DNA of 63,620 nt, the filler included, from Octopus bimaculoides (lineage: Eukaryota): the NCBI RefSeq assembly GCF_001194135.2. It is 4 parts of 4 records of this genome, joined end to end, with 100 filler letters (N's around TTAATTAATTAA, not from the genome) between each part and the next. Parts side by side here need not be neighbours in the genome. Positions count along the whole stretch, not along the records: positions 62,339 to 63,620 come from NC_068982.1; 3 more parts are not named here. One strand, given 5' to 3'. The notes beneath the pieces were generated by a model. It ran no database searches, had not been told where the DNA came from, and saw nothing but the letters and a program-made list of their open reading frames with translations. Positions 63,542 to 63,620 of the stretch are shown one piece after another. A program made the translations under genes and the position numbers. The stretch's first letter is position 1; the number at the start of each line of letters is the position of its first letter.

Positions 63542-63620
63542 GCTAGAAATAGATCACATCTTGTGTCTATTAAGACCTAATTTAAGTCTTAATAGACACA
63601 AGATGTGATCTATTTCTAGC
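63542..63620. repeat. Perfect 35-bp-arm palindrome with 9-nt loop, ending at the window edge
   Basis: GCTAGAAATAGATCACATCTTGTGTCTATTAAGAC-CTAATTTAA-GTCTTAATAGACACAAGATGTGATCTATTTCTAGC. Confidence 0.97.

Overview
Repeat-dense, AT-rich animal genomic DNA from a gapped draft assembly. It is most likely an octopus or other coleoid cephalopod; this is my inference from the SINE/LINE repertoire and the receptor sequence. Three identical N44-TTAATTAATTAA-N44 linkers split the window into four joined segments, and there are nine other N gaps. The only well-supported host gene is two + strand exons (53989-54230, 57459-57873) of a GRL101-like leucine-rich-repeat GPCR, covering TM2-TM6; the TM1 and TM7 exons were not found. 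A second gene on the - strand is suggested only by splice-site patterns around 30.9-35.2 kb. The rest is transposon material: a complete but decayed maT/DD37D mariner, a Tc1/DD34E element with IR/DR ends, a Gypsy element with one LTR, three Penelope fragments, many RTE LINE pieces (two identical over 182 bp), a CR1-group LINE end, several MITEs, three SINE families and abundant microsatellites. The most notable observations are a two-jump templated insertion inside a SINE, a SINE-LINE shared 3' stem-loop, hammerhead-like motifs, Penelope inversion structures, a 722-bp foldback element with an 8-bp TSD and a perfect 35-bp-arm palindrome at the window end. No CRISPR array, rRNA or bona fide tRNA gene was seen. 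All alignments and counts were done by eye; repeat boundaries are approximate unless termini are quoted.
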